Source: Eledone cirrhosa
Taxonomy: Eukaryota
Direction: 5' to 3'
DNA: 64,000 nt
Assembly (NCBI GenBank): GCA_964016885.1
Contig: OZ024746.1
Coordinates: 310,001 to 374,000 of the forward strand
Every line of letters starts with the position of its first letter. Within the stretch, counting starts at the first letter, position 1. This document shows positions 57,851-64,000 of this stretch, in pieces. The notes beneath the pieces are model-generated. The model did no database searches. It had not been told where the DNA came from and saw only the letters and a program-made list of their open reading frames with translations. A program made the position numbers and the translations under genes.

Positions 57851-59754
57851 CACGCATATTATATATATATAGAGAGAGAGAGATAGTTTTAGAAAAAAAA
57901 TTGGGGAAGCTCAGTGAAATGAGTTTCTCTTTAAATCAACATAGCAAATATTAGTTTTGTGTCTGTAACAGCTTTTTGACATGCTGTCTTCGCAATACTG
58001 AATAATAAACTTCACTGCTGGTCCAGCTCAGCTGGCTGGTCCTGGGGTTTATAGTTCCGTGTAGTGGTTACTGAAAATCATAATGTTGCTGTCTTTAACC
58101 ACCAACTGAACTTTCACCAGATGCTTTCTTTAAAAATGTAGCTTTGTAATATTTGACCATTTCTGTTCTAGTAACATTTGTCCGGTAGGTTGTCTTGTGT
58201 GACATGTCTGTGAGAGTGTTTGGTTGAATGAACTTTCCTTAATTTTTGTTTGTTTTTAACTAAAATTAATAATATAATCTATTCTTTCGAAGGATCTCAA
58301 AGACTATATGCGACAGGCTGGTGAGGTGACATATGCTGACGCTCACAAGGACCGTAAGAATGAGGGGTAAGTTTAACTTTTTTTGTCTTTCTTTCCATAC
58401 CAAACTGTTCTATTGTGTACAACTGCTTATTTTAAAATGTACATATTTATGTAAAGTTGTCTCATAATTTTATGTAAGAACCATTAAGTTATTCTTCAAA
58501 CCCATAGTTGTTCTTTAGATTTATCATTTATTTAGATATCATAGGTCGTGTCTTTTATTAGAAAAATGATTATCGAACGGTTTAATGTTTCTCTTCATAT
58601 TTTTCATGTTTTAATTTTGTTTAAAACATTTAATGGTTATTATTTAGTTATTTTTAATATAATATAGTAATGTAAATGTATTCTTTTATCTCATAATGTA
58701 TTTATATTTTTTCTCTAGAATTGTGGAGTTTGCTACTTATTCTGATATGAAAAATGCCTTAGATAAATTGGATGATACAGAAATAAATGGGAGACGCATA
58801 AGGTTGATTGAAGACAGGCCACGAAAGCGTAGGCGCAGGTAATTATTTTATATATTCTTGGCAGATATAGTTTTGTTAAAATAACTTCCTAATTGACAGC
58901 ATAAGGTGTACATATTTATATGGAAAGATGTTTAAATTCTTGCAAGCAAATGTGGTTATAACAATTTATTACAAGATATCAGTAGGTTTGTACTTGTGTA
59001 AGATTATAATAGATAAGTTGTCAAAGTACTCTCAGATCTTACCTTGATCTTAGTCCCATTGTTGGGTGTAACAAACAGAATTGGTTGTGAGGGAGGCATG
59101 TATAAAGCAGCAAATTATTCAACTTAAATTTCAGTGAATTAACTCTTAACATCCTGATGCAGCAGAAAATATCTTTAAAAAAAACTCCAAAAGTCTGCTT
59201 CAAATGTTCATATCTTTACTAGTGGACAGTGATTATGAAAATGTGCAGTTATAGTACTATTTTATACTTTTAAGAATGTCTTGCTAATGTGGTTTCAGTA
59301 TGGAATAATTTTATGTGCTTAGAGAAACAGAAGTGTTTTGGTGTTTCATTTTGTAAATATTGAATTATAACATTCTCCTTTTTTTGTTTTCTCCTTCAGC
59401 TCTCGCTCTCATTCTCGCAGTCGGTCCAGGTCCCGTTCTCGATCACGCAGGCGGAGCCGGTCTCATTCTCGTTCTAGGTCTGGATCTCATCATAGTCGGT
59501 CTCGTTCCGAACCGTCTCGCTCTCGTTCAAGATCCAGAAGTAGGCAGTCTGCAAGCCGCAGTCCCAGTAAAAGCAGGAGTAAGAGTCCTAGCCGTTCCAG
59601 ATCCAATACACCAAGGTCTCGATCAGTAAGCAGGAGTAAATCTAAGTCACGGTCTCCTTCACCTTCCCGTTCCAAGTCTAGAACTCCAGAACCCAAGGAG
59701 AATGGTTCCCCAGTTGAAGTAAACCAAGTCAATGACAAAGATGCTAAAGAATGA
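50358..59754 (+). CDS. SRSF4/5/6: Serine/arginine-rich splicing factor, SRSF4/5/6 (B52/SRp55) family; spliced CDS span, 7 exons, 305 aa
   Basis: Exons 50358-50480, 50649-50719, 51742-51846, 55382-55451, 58293-58366, 58719-58838 and 59400-59754 splice in phase (918 nt). They encode RRM1 (RVYIGRL...[25 protein letters not shown]), RRM2 with [25 protein letters not shown], and an RS tail. Confidence 0.96.
50649..50719 (+). CDS. SRSF4/5/6: SR gene coding exon ([23 protein letters not shown])
   Basis: tag acceptor, gtaagt donor; RRM1. Confidence 0.96.
51742..51846 (+). CDS. SRSF4/5/6: SR gene coding exon (VIVEHARG...RRRGGRD linker)
   Basis: cag acceptor, gtgagg donor; phase 2/2. Confidence 0.93.
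51939..52943 (+). mobile_element. Non-autonomous piggyBac element with a decayed N-terminal transposase fragment
   Basis: TTAA|CCCTTTA...TAAAGGG|TTAA. Frameshifted ORFs ([41 protein letters not shown]) are typical of piggyBac-type transposases. Confidence 0.88.
53213..55021 (-). mobile_element. Probable non-autonomous Helitron carrying LINE fragments and an approximately 89-bp tandem repeat
   Basis: Minus strand reads A|TCTATAAAA ... GC-rich subterminal quasi-hairpin ... CTAG|T; inserted in an AT dinucleotide with no TSD. Confidence 0.6.
55382..55451 (+). CDS. SRSF4/5/6: SR gene coding exon ([23 protein letters not shown])
   Basis: Start of RRM2; tagcag acceptor, gtatgt donor. Confidence 0.96.
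56931..57481 (+). other. Candidate poison (premature stop-containing) cassette exon of the SR gene
   Basis: TACTAAT at 56873, C/T tract, cag acceptor at 56930, donor AG|gtaatt at 57482; in-frame TGA at 57075; GC-richer than its flanks. Confidence 0.5.
57769..57845. repeat. (TA)n microsatellite
   Basis: Visible, with one interruption. Confidence 0.95.
58293..58366 (+). CDS. SRSF4/5/6: SR gene coding exon ([24 protein letters not shown])
   Basis: aag acceptor, gtaagt donor; RRM2 core. Confidence 0.96.
58719..58838 (+). CDS. SRSF4/5/6: SR gene coding exon ([39 protein letters not shown])
   Basis: tag acceptor, gtaatt donor; end of RRM2. Confidence 0.96.
59400..59754 (+). CDS. SRSF4/5/6: SR gene last coding exon, RS domain to TGA
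   Basis: Pyrimidine tract plus cag; [13 protein letters not shown]... ending KDAKE with TGA at 59752-59754. Confidence 0.95.
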
Positions 59755-60080
59755 TAATTTGATTTTATATTTTAATATTTGTAAACAAAATCTTGACCTT
59801 ACTTGTTCTGTATAAGACATTGAAGTCTAATGACAGTTTTGCCCCCCCTCATCACAGAAAATTGTATCCTACCCCTCCTTCATTCTTCAAGGCATTTAAT
59901 CATTGTAAATAGTCATCATTTTTCGGGAGATTTTCTCTAATTGCATCCCCATTTTTATTTAGTAAATGGATGAAAGTTTTGGTTTGCTCTTTTTGAAAAA
60001 AGAAAAATCTTGATTAACTCCAAAACTATTGCCCATAATTTACACAAACATTTTGATTTTGTCATTCAAGTAGGTCTAAA

Positions 60081-60086
60081 AATAAA
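60081..60086 (+). terminator. Likely polyadenylation signal of the SR gene
   Basis: AATAAA about 330 nt after the stop, followed by T/GT-rich sequence. Confidence 0.55.
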
Positions 60087-60606
60087 ACGACATTTATTGG
60101 TTACTTGTGCAGTTTTATTTTTATTTCTTTAGCCTCTGCTTTAACAAATGAGGAATTGGCTTTTTTTAAATTTTGACATTAAACATGGGTTAATACCACT
60201 CATTACCATTTATTGGCAGTCAATTTCTTTCTTAGGAGTATTATATGTAAGCAAGATTTAAGAATAGACTTAGATAAATAAATTAAAATCAAGACAATGT
60301 TTTGTGTATGTGACTGGATCTATAAGATGCTTAAAAGCTGTTAGGGCTCTTTTTCAAATGCTTCCTTTTAAGGGGCTAGGCTTTGGCATCTTGAATATTG
60401 TACTGTGATCTTAGTCAATAAAATTGGCAACATCTGCTGAGTTATAAAATTAAAGCATTTTTCTTTGTATTCTTTTGGAGACCACCACTCCTGGGGTCTT
60501 TGTTACACTACAGTATTTATATAAGCTGGACCCTGCCCCCATCCCAAGTTGTCCTTGTTACAACTACAATATTTCAACTGGACTGGGGCACCACCATCCC
60601 CTAGGG

Positions 60607-60792
60607 CAGAGGTTCTCAAAGTGGGGCGTGGGTGATATAATAGTATATTAAATTTGAAATGATACATATAAATATAAAATTAAAAAAATGTAATATTTAT
60701 TTATACATAGTATATACTATTTACAATTTGCATATAGGCTGGTCCCTGGAGATAGGATTGGGGCTGTGGCCCTAAAAATTTGAGAACTTTTG
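60607..60792. mobile_element. hAT-superfamily MITE
   Basis: TIRs CAGAGGTTCTCAAA / TTTGAGAACTTTTG with a perfect 8-bp TSD CCCTAGGG. Confidence 0.88.
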
Positions 60793-61524
60793 CCCTAGGG
60801 TGTCATTGTTGGTTACAACTCGGTATTTATATCAACTTTGGATCGAGGCACTGACATGGGTGTTATAATTGGTTTTTGCTTCGCAGCATTTAACCTGTAA
60901 CATCCTGTAATGATTTAGCTAAAAAGATTTTTTTTAATGTTTATAGTACTTTTGTTTGTGGACAGATTGATATGAAACATTACAGTAAATTAGACAATCC
61001 TTTTGTGATGCAGTCAGTTCTCTTTTGTAGTTTTTCAGAATGTCATGCTAATGTAGTTGTAAAGATGTTAAGAGTTAATCAACTTTGGACTAAGGTTTCA
61101 AAGTGAAGGTGTTATAATTGACTATTGGACTGAGGTAGCACTACTCCCTTCTATCATGGGTCTGGTGCACCACTACCACCTACAATTGGCAACCTTGGAT
61201 TGATGAAAGGTAAAATTCACTGGGATGAGATTTAAAGGTATTTTATTTAATACTCTGACTCTACTCTCCAGCTAAGAGAAAGGGGCAACAGTCTTATTCT
61301 CCAGTGATACACAAGGTTCGTTGCCAATGAAAGTTTGTTAAAATTACTTTTGGCTTTCCACTTATGGTCTTTTTTTTTTTTTTTCACCTTTGTGCAATCA
61401 TTTCTAATGAAATACTCTACTTAATGAACAATTGGAGGGATTTACTAAAATTATTTCATTACTAGGATAGTAAAATGTTGAAATTGTATAAAATTATGTT
61501 GGAAGATATTAATTTAACTGGGTA

Positions 61525-62530
61525 CCCTTTAGCACTCGCATTAATTTTTAAACATCTTGCTTATCTGTTCGCATTATTTTCAGTTAATCGTACTCAAGAG
61601 GGTTATCAATTTTATTTGTTTGTAATTTTCTATGTGCAGTCTTGAAATTTTGTCAGATGTTTAAATATCAATAATTTACAATTATATAATTTTACTTGAT
61701 TTTTTTTGGTCAAATTTGACTTTTATGGGCTGGTGAAATTAATTAATTAATAGGGGCATTTGAAGTATCAACCAGGTGCAAATACTGGTTTAATTTTAAA
61801 TATGTTGTTTTCGACATAAGGATCACTAAACCTTATACCAGTGCTCCAGTAATTCCAGTCTTGGAAATTGTTTTATACCAAACATAATATTTACGGTAAA
61901 AAATGCTCGCATTTCCGCAGCATCTGTCGGTTGCCAAGCTGATCGGGTTTTCCTGGATTTGAAATCTTGTTGGGCATATCAATTAGTCTCTTCTGCCACA
62001 ACTTCGAAGAAAGTTTGTGGTAAAAACAAAAGGAAATAATCCAGTGCTTTACAACAGGAGCTAATGTGTGTTGTGGACCAGTATTTTGAATAAAATCGGG
62101 AACATATATTAGTGTGGTATTTTTCAGCCACGTTGCTGTAATATTTTCAATGGCGTACTGGAGATCTCCGTTTTCACTTTCAAAACAACAATCAACGTCA
62201 GACGAAATTTGGAAATATAAACATCAGATTCATTTGAAGATAAATCACTAATATTATCGTTTGTTTCTTGTTTATTCTGAATGACGTCGTGTGTAAAAAC
62301 TTCAGTCGGTATCGCTACTTTCACAATCCATGTTGATAGAAAAAAAAAGATTTGTTGCATTTTCAAAGTTTAAAAAACACGTTTTAAGTTGTTCCACTGT
62401 ATTAAGTGTTAATTTTCGCGGAAAAGGCCTAATCTCGCAGCAGTCTCAAATTTACAAGATTTTGATGGTTTGTTTATTTTTAGAACAATTTTTTTAGTGG
62501 GTGTTTTCAGGCGGTTTGAACACTAAAGGG
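61525..62530 (-). mobile_element. Non-autonomous piggyBac element, same family, nested inside a smaller MITE (about 61386-62596)
   Basis: Reverse complement closely matches 51939-52943; CCCTTTAG...CTAAAGGG|TTAA ends. Confidence 0.87.
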
Positions 62531-62969
62531 TTAAAATGGTTTTGTTTCCTAGGACCAAAAACGGGTTGAGATTTTTCTTTGTTTACTGTTAAAGGGTTAA
62601 TTTGTAGCTACTGATTGCTGTATTCCTAACATGGTCAACATAAGTTCAGTCTATTAGCAGTATTTTATTTTAAAGTTAGTTTTCAATATTGAGTATAAAG
62701 TGTTTTATTAGAGTTCTTCCAATCTTACTTATCGTGGCTGAAGTAATGCAAATAGGATTTCTGATACTTTTAATACCAAACTTCTTGATTCTAGGATATA
62801 AAACTGTTTTAATGTGTATATCTAAAATAAATCTTTATTGTTAGTAACAGGGTTCACATGGCTATTATAAAACCATAGCAAGTATCTTGGATTTATTTTT
62901 ATGTATGAAAAAATAGTAATCAGTTAGAATGTTAGTTTAGTATACAGGTTTCAGCCTCTAGGACAATTT

Positions 62970-63525
62970 TTTAAGTGTTGTATAAAAAATGAAAAGTTTT
63001 CAATGCTAGCTTTCCTTGCTTGGTCATTGATGCAAAAGGGAGTTGATTGCTGCTGCCCTTATGCTGTGGGTTCATCTGGAATCTTAGAAAGAATGTTGTC
63101 TCTTGAAAACATCTACATGCACACCATATAGGATATTTTGACAGCTTATTAAAGAGCTGGGGTCCTTTGAATGGAAGTCTCTGGCAGCATATGGTCCTTA
63201 TTCTTGATTCAACAGATAGGATCATTGGCACTACAGTGGTGGGCAGTTGTCTGAACATTGCTGTTATTTCGGTGATATCATCATGACACTTTGTATCATT
63301 GCTCAGGTCTTGATTTTGACTCTGGGGATTTCGATTCTTCGTGGTCCAGTGTACCTTTGTTGTAGTGGTTCTATGTTTGTGAGTTGTTAGCAGAGCGGAG
63401 CGCTTGAAACTTATCTGCATGTTGTCTTCAGCCCATCTGTATATGGCATCTATATTTTGTAAGAGTAGCATCAGCTGGTTTATTGATTGCCTGTGCTACT
63501 TTTGTGTCATCAGCATAGCTAGTAT
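62970..63525 (-). mobile_element. Degenerate CR1/L2-type LINE RT fragment
   Basis: Minus strand reads SYADDTK...IYRWAEDNMQ...GPQLFNKL. Confidence 0.7.
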
Positions 63526-64000
63526 ATATATGTGAATGTATCACCCTTGCAAGCAGGGAAAAGCGGGCGTAAATTGATGTATGTATATAGAAATATATAT
63601 ATGTCAGAGAAGCTCAAAGCATGCTAAAAATCCTCAACACATCAGGAATTCAAAACAAACGAAATACTCATCGAAAGTTTGTCAAGAACAGTGAGGGTCG
63701 CAAAGCATAAATAGTTAAAATGAAGAAAAACCAAGGTTATCAACTTCAATCTTTTTTAATTTTTTTTTTGTTTCTACTTTCTTTTATGTGTGTGTTATGT
63801 CAGGTCACTCTCCAGCGCTACTGGTAATGTAACCCAGTACAACCTGTGCATGCTTGGGTCATCGGCAACCCTACCAAGCTTGCTTGGTAGGGTTGCCGAT
63901 GAACTTGGATACCCTGTGAGGTGAAAGACGTAACTTGTCAAAGGCCGTCCAATAAAGTTTTTTTTTGTGGAGCAAGAGACTAGTCTTCATTAAGATATCT

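Noticed and set aside
59360-59738. ORFs 59360..59629 (+) and 59490..59738 (-)
   Set aside because: Off-frame and antisense shadows of the RS-domain exon.

Overview
AT-rich, intron-rich animal genomic DNA; the repeat landscape suggests an octopod cephalopod (inference only). Two genes sit head-to-head. On the minus strand is the 5' part of INO80, the chromatin-remodelling ATPase: 19 coding exons from 34219 to 3673 splice in phase with GT-AG boundaries into 724 codons, there is a probable 5' leader exon at about 46553-46720, and the gene runs off the left edge. On the plus strand is a complete SR splicing factor of the SRSF4/5/6 (B52/SRp55) family: 7 coding exons from 50358 to 59754, 305 aa, RRM1-RRM2(SWQDLKD)-RS. 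Introns are filled with RTE and CR1 LINE fragments, tRNA-derived SINEs, non-autonomous piggyBac elements and MITEs, probable Helitrons, hAT and Tc1/mariner MITEs, and two large tandem arrays (48 bp; 51/48 bp) whose long ORFs are artefacts. Best leads: a candidate poison exon in the transposon-free SWQ|DLKD intron of the SR gene, tandem arrays built from piggyBac-MITE termini, SINEs assembled from two different RTE 3' regions, a structured RTE-associated head with a perfect 21-bp palindrome, and an out-of-frame uORF overlapping the INO80 start. I see no clear evidence of a wholly new protein-coding system.
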